The notes beneath the pieces were generated by a model. It ran no database searches. It was given only the letters and a program-made list of their open reading frames with translations, and was not told the DNA's origin. This document shows, piece after piece, positions 51,744 through 64,000 of a stretch of DNA of 64,000 nt. The stretch spans positions 100,068,001 through 100,132,000 of the forward strand of contig OX597822.1 of the NCBI GenBank assembly GCA_951406725.2. The letters are read 5' to 3'. Source of the DNA: Octopus vulgaris (taxonomy: Eukaryota). Both the position numbers and the translations under genes were made by a program. Position 1 is the stretch's first letter; every line of letters starts with the position of its first letter.

Positions 51744-51874
51744 GGTACTACTTAAATACAGAGGTCCTGATGCATCTGTGTAACCCTAACCAACTCTAAA
51801 ACTAACCCTTACGAGTGTGCACTGTAAAAACATATCATGTAGATGCATCGGGACCTCTATATTTAAGTAGTGCC
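51744..51874. mobile_element. Small MITE with about 34-bp TIRs and internal AACCCT-like repeats
   Basis: GGTACTACTTAAATACAGAGGTCCTGATGCATCT pairs with AGATGCATCGGGACCTCTATATTTAAGTAGTGCC. Confidence 0.8.
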
Positions 51875-52260
51875 AATTTGTCTACTATTTCTTGTAGGTC
51901 AAGCAACTACCTCAAAACTTTCTTGTTAGCTTGAGCCAGTGTAAGTTCTTACCAAATATTGTTTGTATAAATGAAATATTGTTTTAAGAAATTAGTTTTA
52001 ACTAAAATGGATTGGTATTTTACTATCATTATGAAAAAATTATTAGAGATATTTCATCAAAAAGATTCTTACAAGCCTTTTTCTAAATACCTGAATAACC
52101 ATTTTAATAAATAACTGTGATATCATCATCATCATCATCATCATCATCGTTTAGCGTCCGTTTTCCATGCTAGCATGGGTTGGACGTAATCATTAATTTG
52201 TTAATTTTTTTTTAATTAATAAATAAACACTGCAACTAAATATATACTTCTTATTTGCAG

Positions 52261-52381
52261 AAAAGGATCCGTCATTTGAAAAGTGTCTCCTTGCGGAATC
52301 TAGTGTACAAAGACGAACTAGGGACAGACAATAACAAATTGTCAACATTTTTTACACTACATACCGATGCAAAATCACCAG
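52261..52381 (+). CDS. UVRAG: UVRAG coding exon 2, start of the C2 domain (KRIRHLKSVSLRNLVYKDELGTDNNKLSTFFTLHTDAKSP)
   Basis: Acceptor ttcttatttgcag, donor CAG|gtaata, 121 nt. Matches human RRLRHLRNIAARNIV...TYFTLH as recalled. Confidence 0.93.
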
Positions 52382-52745
52382 GTAATATCACTTTTCATTT
52401 CATAGCTCTGTCTGCATGCATTTGTGTGTGTCTGTCTGTGTATTATCGTTGTTTTAACATCCACTTTTTCACATTGGTATGGATCAGATGAAGTTTATTG
52501 AGGTATCTTTTTTTACAACTGGTTGGATTATTTATTGGCTAAATTTTGCTTGTTCTCCAGCTACTATTTCTTCTGGTACAATGAACAAAGAACATCTCAA
52601 TGGCTGAATAGGTTTTTGTGGCAAGGACAAGGCTTTTATAAATAATAGTGCTTTTGTTTTTAAGCAGTGTAGAAAAATGTCAACACAATAGGAAGAGGCA
52701 AATGTATTCATGCTCATAATAGATAAATAGATAAATAAATATATG

Positions 52746-54012
52746 TAGAGTTGAGGAATAATTCATGAGCATTTTTTTTCAAACTTATTTTAAACAAAAA
52801 AGCTACAACAGATTAATAGTATACTCTCCATTGTTGTTTATGACTTCCTCCCATCATTCAATAAGTTTTTCGATGCTTCGGCAATAGGAATCTCCTGGTC
52901 TTGACTCAAAGAATTCATCCAACCAAGCCTTCGTTAGTGAACGACACACAACACGGTGTTCGAAAGCAGTCAGAAGAGATGAAAATCAGATGGTGCCAAG
53001 ACTGGAGAGTATGGAGGATGAGGCAACACTTCCCATTCGAGTTCTTGCGTCAAGGCTTTGATCATACTGGTGATGTGGGGATGGGCATTGTTGTGTTGCA
53101 GAAGAATGCTATTTCGCCTGTTCAGTCTTTTTTGTTGAATTGCTTCATTGAATCAGTGCAGTTGTTGAACTCTGTAATTCTGCATTGAGTGTTTGGTTGT
53201 GCTCAAGCAGTTCATAATGAAGTATGCCTTCCCAGTCCCACCATACACACACATGGTCTTTCGAGGATGAAGGTCTTGTTTTATTTGCAGAGTTGCTTGT
53301 TTGTCAGGGCTGAGCCATTCTTTTCGCTCCTTCATATTGATGTAACGGTACCATTTTTCATCACCAGTAACAATGCAGTAAAGAAAACACATTTTGTAAC
53401 TATGTGTTGAGCAATGTCAAGCAAGCAAACTGGTGGCAGTTATGGAGTGTTGATTTTTGTTGTTTTTCACTCGATGTGTGTGGCACTCAAGTGCCAAGTT
53501 TCTGAACCTCACCCATTCAGTGAGGGTGGTTCACCACAATTTTTTTATCACAGTCCATCTGCTCTACCAATTCTCTGGTCGTTTGACATGGATTTTCATG
53601 AAGTTGATTCAATTGCTCTTCATCAAACTCAATTAGCTGACCAGTGTGTGATCCATCCTTGAGGTAAAAATTCCCATTTTTGAAGCATGAAAACCAATGG
53701 CAGGCGGTACTTTGAAGCATTGCTCCTTCTCCATACACAGCTCAAATCTCACGAGCAGCTTCAGCCATCTTTACACCTTGATTAAATGCAAAAAGCAAAT
53801 GGTGTCGAAAATGCCCAGTTTTGTCCACTTGACATTTCATTTTAATGATCTGAAAATACACTAAAATCAATGAAATTAAAAAATCAAAACACACTATCTT
53901 GTAGAGCAAAAAATTCTCTTTTAAATAATGCAGAACATTTTGCCAATGTGTTTTATTTCTGCGTGCATTTTTAAATTTGAAAAAAATGCTCATGAATTAT
54001 TCCTCAACCCAA
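52746..54012 (-). mobile_element. Mariner transposon, full span with transposase pseudogene
   Basis: TIRs (T)TGGGTTGAGGAATAATTCATGAGCATTTTTTT, with TA at 54013. Motifs IVTGDEKW, LHPRKTM, HNNAHPH and HPPYSPVLAPSDFHLF; multiple frameshifts. Confidence 0.93.
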
Positions 54013-54697
54013 TATAATACACGCACATGCATATATATAGGAACTTCCTGCTGTTTCCATCTACCAATTCCACTCTCAAGGTGTTGGTCAACTCTAGTCA
54101 ACACCTCCCCTATATATTGTAGTACTGATGTTACTCTGTGTTACTATTCAGTTTTGTGTGTGCTGTTGCTTACACAGCAACAAACATGGAACTTTTGAGT
54201 AGTATTCACTAAAATATTTGTACTTTTGTTTTTGTACTGAGTACATGTTTTCTCATTTGTAATCTCATACCTACACCTACAAGCATTTAGATTTATTTTA
54301 ATTCTGAATTCTTAAAATTCCTTTAAAAAATTTTGTGATATTAATACATAATTTTAAGCATTGCTTTTTTGCCCATGGGATAAGAACACACTGATTTACT
54401 TGAGCATTTCATTTAACGAGCGTGTGTTTTCTTTAATTACTATACTATTACTTAGGGAATGTATTGGCTGCTAGGTTTCAGCTTAATTAGTATTACAGTA
54501 GAAATTTGTTCTTAGATGTTATTTTTATCGTTGGTTGTAAATTATATTTAATTCATATTTTTATTATTTTCACTAAAACTTTTCGTGTATAGTTGTTGTT
54601 TAGCTTCAGGTCTCCCTTGATGAAGGTGACTTACGATCAAAGGTGTTCTAGCTGTAACCTTCCTTATCAAGGACTTCATTGTACAATGTATCCTTCT

Positions 54698-55135
54698 TAT
54701 CATCATTGTTTAATGTCTGCTTTCCATGCTAGCATGGGTTGGACGATTTTGACTGAGGGCTGGCGAACCAGATGGCTGCACCAGGCTCCAATCTTGATCT
54801 GGCAGAGTTTCTACAGCTGGATGCCCTTCCTAATGCCAACCACTCTGAGAGTGTAGTGGGTGCTTTTTACGTGCCACCGGCATGGGGGCCAGTCAGGCGG
54901 TACTGGCAACGACCTTGCTCGAATCTTTTTACACATGTCACCAGCACAGGTGCCAGTAAGGCAACGATCACACTCTTCTACGTGCCACCGGAACGGAAGA
55001 CAGTTAGCCGCTCTGGCAACGATCATGCTCGGATGGTGCCTTTTATGTGCCACAGCACGGAAGCCAGTTAGCCACTCTGTCAACGATCACATTCGTATGG
55101 TGCTTTTTGCACCCTGCTAGCATGGATGCCAGTCA
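54698..55135 (-). mobile_element. RTE LINE 3' tail copy
   Basis: Reverse tail core with several stem-loop units. Confidence 0.9.
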
Positions 55136-57214
55136 TCATTTAACCATTTTGATACCAACTCACCTGAGACCACTCCTGGCTTAATGAAGCAAATTTCACG
55201 TTTTAAAGTGATCCAAATTAAAACTTTCTTCCACCAAAATTTGACATCAGGTGAAGCATCACCTTCATAAGAAGCCTGTCATACATATGTATATATGCAT
55301 TTATGTGAGTGTTTGTACCTTATGTATATACGTATGTGTGTGTTCCCCTACCACTTGACAACTGGTTAGTTTGCTTGTCTCTATAACTTAGTGGTTTAGC
55401 AAAAGAGACTGGTGGAATAAGTACCAGACTTCAAAAATCGTTAAGTATCAGGGTTGAATTGTTGGACTAAAACCCTTCAAGTTGTGTCCCAGCATGGCCA
55501 AAATCCAATAAATTAAATGAGTAAAAGATAAAAGAGCTTGATTTTACAATTTTCTTTGGTTTAATTCGAAATAACATTTCTAATGTCAGTATGATAAACA
55601 GAGTAATTTAAATGACTAAGGTTATCCAAGATCAAAAACAATTTGAGAATCTAGTCCATGGTAAATTTTTATCTTTTAGTTTTACCCTTTCTTTAAAGTG
55701 CTGGTTTTATGTTGGTAACTCCTAGCAGTGCTTTATTAAAGTCTGAATACTGTTAATTGTTACATTTTGTATGTCATTCCATTCCATCATGTTTCTTTTT
55801 TCTTTCTTTGTTTTGCCATCATATTCTTTTGATATCTCTCAATAGTGTTATATTTACCCCCATCTCCCATTCTTTAGAGTAGTTTTTATCATTTATAACT
55901 TCCCATTTATGACTCTGGAGATTGCCTCAATATAAATAACAGATCACTGTTTTTATCTCCAGTGACTGATATGAAATAATGTCCTTTGTTCTTGAGATGT
56001 AACTAAATAATTTTACACAATTATTGAATCAACCATACACATATGTATGTAGTCTATTAATAAGTATTGGGTAATCCTTCAGATTAATGGTAAATCATTA
56101 TATATGACGTTTTTGGATTTGGTTTGCAAGATTCTTTATATGAGTTCATATTCTATTGTGTCTGGGGAGAGTCATTTTCTTTTTGTGCCTTATGGAATAC
56201 ACTCACTGGTAAAATTTCCACGTTATTGAGGCCTTGTTTTACAGCCAGATGCCCTTCCTGTTGGTAATCTTTACCTGTTTTTCTGGTAATAGGTTTTTAT
56301 TCAACTCGTGTTTGAATGTCCTGAGCCAAGGAACACTTGGTTAGCAGGGAATGTCAATAAATGTCAGTTTTCGGGGGGTTTTTTTGTTTTTATTTTTGCC
56401 CAATGCTTTTACGTGAGGACATGGAATGTAAACATTGCACACACACTGGGTTTCTACCAGTTCCACTCAACAGGCATTGGTTGGCCCAAGGCTATGGAAG
56501 ATGCTCACTCAATTTGTCATGCAGTGAGATAGAACTCAAGACCATGTTTCCACACTGTCATACCTGCACCTATAATTAGTCAATATATGTTTTAAGTCAA
56601 GAGGGACAGCAGTGCCCATGGCCCTTTACAGGGCCTCTGAGACTGGTAGGTGGGAGGGATGAAAGTATCCTTAAACAGGAGAGCACCGACCTGAATGCAT
56701 ACAACAGTGAATGATGATGAAATTGAAGTGCCTATTGTTATCAGGAAGAACATAAGGAAATTGATGATAATTAAACCACTGTTCAAGAATTCTTAGATTT
56801 TAGCAGAGCTATCAAAATAGTGACAGTGTATTCAGAAAGTGAAATACTTTCAGAGTCTTATTGTTGTGTATTGTAGTGAAATACATTAAATTATTAGAAG
56901 CAATTTCTTAAAAACTTTTATGCAATTTAACAAACACCATCACATTTTTTTGTTATCATTATTGGTATTTTTAGGGTGGTTATTGGCAGAATCATTACAG
57001 TGTCTGAAAGAAATACTGTGCAGTTTTTGTGATGACCCACTACACTCAGTTCAAATCATACATTAGGTGAACTTTGCCTTTCATCCCTCTGGGGTCAATA
57101 AAAATAAAGTACCAGTTTAGTATGGGGTTAAAAATACTGACTAATCACTTCCCTCAACAATTGATGATTTTGTACCTAAATCAGAAGCTATTATTATTGA
57201 TATCTTTCTTGTCG

Positions 57215-57505
57215 AGGCACATGGCCTAGTGGTTAGAGCAGCGGACTCGCAGTCGAGGGATCGCGGGTTCGAATCTCAGACCGGACGATGTGTGTGTTTA
57301 TGAGCAAACCACCTAAGTTCCACCAGAAGGTAATGGCAAAACTTCTGCTGACTCTTTCGCCACAACTTTCTCTCACTCTTTCCTCCTGCATCTTGCAGCT
57401 CACCTGCAATGGACCGGCATCCCGTCCAGGCGGGGAACCTATACGCCAAGAAACCGGGAAACCGGCCCTTATGAGCCAGGCATGGCTCGAGAAGGAAAAC
57501 AAACA
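57215..57505 (+). mobile_element. tRNA-derived SINE (third family)
   Basis: A box TGGCCTAGTGG and B box GGTTCGAATC; the body has CCTGCAATGGACCGGCATCCCGTCCAGG (V-domain-like from memory); AAAC tail. Confidence 0.8.
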
Positions 57506-58116
57506 ATATCTTTCTTGTGACATGCAGTGTAAAGCAAAAAGAATCCTCTTGCAAACCAATAACTATGATGCACTTTCAGTTCCCAACTGAGACCATTTCA
57601 GTGTGTTGATGTTCTTGGGGAAAGCTATGAATGATCACTGCTCCATGTTTTTTCCGTTTCCAATATTGTTTGGCCTTTATATCCTGTGAAAAGAAATAAT
57701 ATTGATATACTTAGCACATTACTATATTATCCTATACAGATAAATATAGAGTTGATTAAATCATTGTTAGTTACTTGCACTTTATCAACCACAATGAGAA
57801 GAAACAAATTCAATTCCAGTGGGATTTCCATCGTTAACGGTGGTGATGGTGGTAGTGAATGTAGCATAGGCTTATGGCCAAATATTTTGGTGGAAGAATG
57901 CAGTTAATTAAAATTGATTCCCTGATTACTTCACTTGCACTTAATTCATCGAATCTGTAAAGATAAATAAAATCTATTCAACAGAATTTGAACTCGAATT
58001 TAAGGATAGATACAACTAAAACCTACAAAACGTTCTGCTAATTTTTAAAACCATTCTTTTTGTCTCCTGAAAACAATTTCTGAAACCAATCATGATTAAG
58101 TTTTAGATGTCAAATG

Positions 58117-58468
58117 CATCAACATCAAAAATCAATAGAAATTGTAGTTGTGATCCCTGTGCCGGTGGCACGTAAAAAGCACCATCCAAATGTGGCCAAT
58201 GCCAGCTCCGCCTTGACTGGCTTCCGTGCTGGTGGCACGTAAAAAGCACCAACTGATCGTGGCTGTTGCCAGCCTCGCCTGGCACATAAAAAGCACCCAC
58301 TACACTCACGGAGTGGTTGGTGTTAGGAAGGGCATCCAGCTGTAGAAACACTGACAGATCAGACTGGAGCTTGGTGCAGCCTTCTGGCTTCCTAGACCCC
58401 AGTCGAACCGTCCAACCCATACTAGCATGGAAAACATACGTTAAACAATGATGATGATGATGATGATG
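58117..58468 (+). mobile_element. RTE LINE 3' tail copy
   Basis: Matches 2100-2536. Confidence 0.9.
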
Positions 58469-58779
58469 TCAAATGCATCTATCATCATAATCATTATTTT
58501 AACATGCATTTTTCCATGCTCACATGGGGTAGACAAAAGTGACTGAGGAAGGTACTCTACTTGGAAACAGGTGAGAGTTTGTGGTTGGAAGGGGGCCCTC
58601 CCTGTTACCAACTGTCACTTGTTTCCAAGTAAGATGATAATTATTTTTGGCCTGACATGTTTTCATGGAAGATTGGAAATGGATACAGCCTGTATGAAAG
58701 TGATGTTTGTTTGTAATTATCACACAATGTCAAGACAAAAAGACAGTAATGTGCACATGCACCCATACACATGTGTGTA

Positions 58780-58818
<39 letters not shown>

Positions 58819-58828
58819 GGAATGGCTA

Positions 58829-59205
58829 TAGGTGCAGGAGTGGCTGAGTGATAAGAAGCTTGCTTCCCAACCCCATGGTTCTAGGTTCAGTGCCACTGCG
58901 TGGCACCTTGGGCAAGTGTCTTCTGCTATAGCCTCAGGCCAACCAAAGCCTTGTGAATGGGTTTGGTAGATGGAAACTGAAAGAAGCCCGTCGTATATAT
59001 ATGTGTGTCTGTGTTTGTCTTCCCACCATCACTTGACAACTGATGTTGATGTGTTTATGTCCCCATAACTTAGCAGTTCAGTAACAGAGACTGATAGAAT
59101 AAATATTAGGCTTAGAAAGAATAAGTCCTGGGGTCAATTTGCTCAACTAAAGGCGGTACTGCAGCATGGCCGCAATCAGATCACTGAAACAAGTAAAAGA
59201 ATAAT
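58829..59205 (+). mobile_element. Full-length CORE-like tRNA-derived SINE
   Basis: tRNA-like head, CACCTTGGGCAAGTGTCTT core, internal TA/TG microsatellite and AAGTAAAAGA tail. Confidence 0.88.
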
Positions 59206-59830
59206 GTATATACATAGACACATACACACCTACTTGCAAACAAACTTCTTTCAGTTTCCTTCCAACAAATCCCCACTCACAAGTCTTTGGTCTCCCTGGG
59301 GTTATAGTAGAAGACTCTTAACTAAGATGCCATTCAGGGGGACTGTGCCTGAAACCATGTAGCTGAGAAGCAAAATTCTTAACCACTCAGCCATGCCTGT
59401 ACTGAAATTCTTTTAGTTTTAAAATAATTCCAGGATTTTTGTGTTATTGCTTTGTTTTTCACTTTTTTCGAATTGACTTATGAAACTATTCCTAAATATT
59501 TTTTGTCATTCTTTTAAATCATATAAACTGTAAAAATAATGCTTATATAATGTATATACTGTAAGGTTAACAGTTTTGGTGATAAAAATTCATGCAATTT
59601 TCACCATTCATTATAGTTTATTATTTTAATTTTATGGTGAACAGTAGCATTGTTGATTTCCATTGGTTCTCTAAATTTCTGACAGCAAGACTAACAAAGG
59701 GATTTTTGTTTAGCTTGGGCAGAACAAATGTCACAGAATGTATTTTTATTTGAAAACATCAATTTTTCAGCTTTGTTTCCAATATACTTTGGTGTAACAC
59801 ACACACACACACAACTTCTACTCAGTTTCT

Positions 59831-60062
59831 TATTTCTTTATTGCCCACAAGGGGCTAAACATAGAGGGGACAAACAAGGACAAAGGGATTAAGTCGATTA
59901 CATCGACCCCAGTACTCAACTGGTACTTAATTTATCAACCCCGAAAGGATGAAAGGCAAAGTCGACCTCAGTGGAATTTGAACTCAGAACATAATGGCAG
60001 ACGAAATGCCACTAAGCATTTCGCCCGGCATGCTAACGTTTCTACCAGCTCGCCGCCTTTCT
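59831..60062 (-). mobile_element. tRNA-derived SINE with a 20-bp target-site duplication
   Basis: ACAACTTCTACTCAGTTTCT at 59811-59830 and 60063-60082. Confidence 0.92.
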
Positions 60063-60464
60063 ACAACTTCTACTCAGTTTCTGTCTACCAAATTCCACTC
60101 ATAAGGCATTCATTAATCTGAGACAGTGGTAGCTTATTTGCCCAAAGTGCAATGATGAGGGATCAAACTAAAACTCATGTTACTGTGAAGCAGCCAATCA
60201 CACAGAATAATTAAGAACAATTTCATAAATGCACCTTTTTATTTTTTTGTTTTAGATAAACTGGAGGTAAAAAAAAGATAACTTTGAAAAAAAAAAAAAT
60301 CAAAATTATTAAAATGTCAGACACACCTATGAGCTAACTTTCTTATCTGCTATCAAACACATCATTTTATTATCCTGTTTAAGTCAGTTTAAAGTATTTA
60401 TTATATATGAGAAATATTATGTATTGTTTACTTTTGATAACTTTTTCCTTTTTTTTTTTTACAG

Positions 60465-60499
60465 CCTTTTATACCAGTGAAAAAATTTCTGGGTCTTTA
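60465..60499 (+). CDS. UVRAG: UVRAG coding exon 3 ((A)FYTSEKISGSL)
   Basis: Long polypyrimidine tract plus acag, donor gtaagt, 35 nt, phase 1 to 0. Matches human EFYRSEVIKNSL as recalled. Confidence 0.9.
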
Positions 60500-63181
60500 G
60501 TAAGTATTATCATTTCTCTAAGTTCAGATCCTGCCAAGATCAACTTTCCCCTTTCATCCTTTCTACAATAATCTATGTATGCCTACTCCTAAAACAGTGT
60601 TTCACAAAATGGGTAATATAGCCCCTGAGGGAAGGACAGGGGCTGGTAAATTTTATGTGGGTATTGGGGGGTAAAGGGTGTAGCAAGAGGTACTAGATAC
60701 ATCTGTACAAATTTCTTTTAATCTTTACTTTTTGTTAAGATATTTTCCTTAAAAAAGAAAAACGTAATGTAATATGCTAAACTGCTTTTAGCCACAATCA
60801 CAACAAAAATATACTTTGAACTGTGGATGATAAGTTAATAAGCAAACTTAGTATATACTACCGATGGATGTAATTTATAAACAATAAACAATAGTATTAC
60901 TTAAATAAACAGTGTCAAAATTTGTGGATATTTTTGTATATGCAATTAAAATGGCCACTGTACCTGTCATGTTAGGTAATGCCTTAATTTGTATGAGCAT
61001 ATGCGTGTGTGAACTTGTGCACACATGGGGTGTAATTGGGTGAGTGAAGTTGTATTTTCCCTCATCTTAATGATGTGTAATCTCCAGTTGTAAACATTTG
61101 CAAAAGTATGTCTAGACTTCTTGGCATGTTATGCAATCTTAGCAAACAAGATGCATGCTGTTTGTACAAACATTATCATTTGTTTTAGTTTTCCATTGAT
61201 CCATGCTAGCATGGAAAAATAATAATGATTGATGCATGTCTGCGTGCACGTGTGTATATACATACATACATACATACCCACATACACACATGCACACTCA
61301 TAATGGTATTCCTCAGTTTCAATTTACTAAATTCCTTCACATGGCATTGGCTGGCTTGAGGACAGGTGCCATGCAAAGGCACTTAGCTAAAGTGCTGTAC
61401 ACTGTGACCGTACCTAAAACCATTTGGTTTCGAAGTAAACATCTTAACCACACAGCTATGCCTACTGCTAAAAACTTCATAACACTTCTACTCATGGAGA
61501 GTAGGATTCAAAATTCGGATCTTTTCACTTCGACCAGCAGATTTTTAAAATAAACACTTTTAAACTTCGTATACTGGTAGAATGTGTTTATAAAACATCT
61601 TTTTCTCTTGGCTTTCTTGAGAAAATTCTGTAGTTTGTAAGCTATTTGTTGTTTAATTTCTTGCATTTCGGCAATTTCAACCAATCAATGACATCTATTG
61701 AAGTGAATTCATTTTCTGCCGTAGTGTTATTATTTGTCATATGAAAATGTCACCGTTATTTATGAGAAAAAAGATACCCTGTGACCATAAACTGAGGGGT
61801 CACTCGTAAACAGAGCTGGATAACAAAACCGTTCCCTCTTTAGTGTCCACCCATAATTATGACCCTAGTATCAATCTATTGCATTTCAATCTGTTTTAGG
61901 GTTAGGGTTAGTGTTTGCCCCCTACCAATGCTTGACAACCAGTATTTTTGCTATTAAATAATATTGGCAAAATGTGAAAAACTTCATTAATTATATTAGT
62001 CTTGTTGGTTAGTTTAAATGAGCTGTAGTGGGATGTTGCTCAAATTTACCCATTTGCTTAAAAGCTTTCATTGCTTCCCAGCCATGTCGTTTTGGGCCAG
62101 TGTTTTCTACTGTAGCTCTGAGCTGACCCAAGCATCTGAGTGGATTTGGTTGACAGAAACTGAAAATAAGAGCCTGTCATGATTGTGTGTGTATGTGTTT
62201 GTATCTCCTTTTTTTAACATTGTATGTTTGTTGTAAATGAGTATTATTTGTTTCTAATCTTATGAGAAAAACAGAGTTAGTGAAGGGGTAATATCACTTT
62301 GCTTGAAAACAGGCGAATTTTGGCAGCAGGAAGGGTATCTGGCTGGAGAAAACCTACCTCAGTGAATTCCATCTGATCCATGCAAACCTGGAAAAGTGAA
62401 TGTTATGATGATGATGATTTTATAGAAATGTTACTGGGAGGGTAGATAGTGTTCTTTTTAATTTATACTTTTAAAAAATGACAAATTTTCATCTCCCCAA
62501 AATAATTTATAGTTATGAGAAGGAAAAAAAACGTAATCTGCAGTTATTGCATAGAAAAATATTTTGAAGGAAAGGATAACATATATTCAGTTCATTATTG
62601 AGTTTTATCATAAAAACTTGCTTAAAATATATGTAATTATTAAGTAGCCACGCAACTCTTAGGTTGGTGAAGAGGAAGCAGTGAACAAACTTAAGAGAAC
62701 TGAAAGCAGGTTGTCCTATTCATTCATGAAGTACCAGGCTGATGGACATACAGATGAATTTAAATTGATAAGGATATTTCCTTTAAACCAGGTCAACAAC
62801 TTTAATTGTTGTGAGAGAGGTGATTTACAGATACAGAGCTCAGATGTGTGTTTTGTATCAAAATAACAGGATGCCATCCAAAAATATGTGGCAGGCACAC
62901 ATGACAAATACAAGCTTCTGTTTTGTATTTTTTTCTTTTCTTCCTTTTCATCTAGAGATTAAAGGTTGTTGTTATACTATTGGCTCATAAGTGTAACATA
63001 ATAATCAGCAGCGTCATGATAAATGACTAATAATAGCTTGTTTATTATAAGCTTTGCTTTGAAAGCAAATGATTTTTACATTTTAGTATGGTCACTGTAT
63101 TTTCAACTAGGTAAATAACTGACTTTTAAAATGTGGAACTTCCACAGACACAAAGTGTTCAATTTATTTCATTATTTTAAA

Positions 63182-63581
63182 CTAGCAGTATAGCCCAGTG
63201 TTGCTCGAGCTTGATTTCTTTTTGACCCTTTAGAATTGGAATTTTTGGAAAGTAAAAATTTTGCATTATGTAGTTTGTTATTCTCTTTAAGTGAACATTT
63301 TTCTGGTTGAAATACACTGAAAAATGGCGACACAGCAGTAAAAAAAATTGTTAAAAAAGTAGGGATTTTCATAGAAAAAAAAGCACCTTTTTGATGTAAA
63401 TAATTTTTGGTCTTAACATGGTCTGATTTGAATTTTTTCTTCTACGGAAGGAAGAGCAAGCCTTCTTCTATCATACTCTCAATTTTGGTCAATTTGCACT
63501 GCAGGGTCTCGGAGGAGATAGTGTTAGTCGAAGGCTACCAAACCTGCCATACACAGACAACTTCAGCTTTATATATATAGA
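63182..63581 (-). mobile_element. Non-autonomous Helitron
   Basis: Minus strand starts A|TCTATATATATAAAG and ends with an imperfect hairpin (CTCGAGCAACACTGGG) followed by CTAG|T; no TSD. Confidence 0.8.
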
Positions 63582-64000
63582 TTAATCATTCAGTACATTA
63601 TGTTGAAAGAATTACTTTCAAATAGCAACTTTCAGTCTTCATGGGTTCGGGTATTGCTGTGTGGTTATGAAGTTTATTTTGCAACAGCATAATTTTGAGT
63701 TCGAGTTCATTGTACAAGCAAGTCTTTCTACCCTAGTCTTGGTTCCATGCAGTGGAACTGAACTTAAAGCTACATGATTGGGAAGCAGACTTCTTAATCA
63801 CACAGCTTAACATAAATCTGTTGCCAGTTTCTTTCAGTTCTAAGATTTAGCTAGCTTTTCTTAACAACCACTTGTAGCTTTTAACAGACCAACAGCTGGC
63901 ACATACATCCTAATTTTGAATTTTTTTTTATATTTGTTAATTATTTAATACTTAATATTGTATTTTATTTTGTATCATTCACATGGCATCAATTTCCTTC

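Noticed and set aside
57215-57290. tRNA genes (also 4292 and 44354)
   Set aside because: No complete acceptor stem, and each continues into a SINE body; these are SINE heads.

Overview
AT-rich, repeat-dense eukaryotic DNA. The LINE/SINE/MITE repertoire suggests a coleoid cephalopod, probably Octopus (inference). Two spliced protein-coding genes lie head-to-head; neither appears intact in the ORF track. LAMTOR4 (Ragulator subunit) is on the minus strand, with a complete 95-aa CDS in three exons (14991-15068, 11732-11846, 7742-7836). The 5' part of UVRAG is on the plus strand (exons 22407-22463, 52261-52381, 60465-60499; first intron about 29.8 kb; the gene continues past the window). Between them is a CpG-retaining island with a CLEAR-type E-box, an ETS site and an M-box. 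The rest is mostly mobile DNA: a 5'-truncated RTE-type LINE with a Cys/His finger after the RT, many copies of its stem-loop 3' tail, several tRNA-derived SINE families, an IR/DR Tc1 element, a mariner, nested piggyBac-type MITEs, a Helitron, a U6 pseudogene and minisatellites. The most notable items are the shared MiT/TFE-motif promoter of two lysosome/autophagy genes, the paired uORFs of UVRAG, and a tRNA-headed element carrying a decayed minimal hammerhead ribozyme. All calls were made by eye, without database searches.
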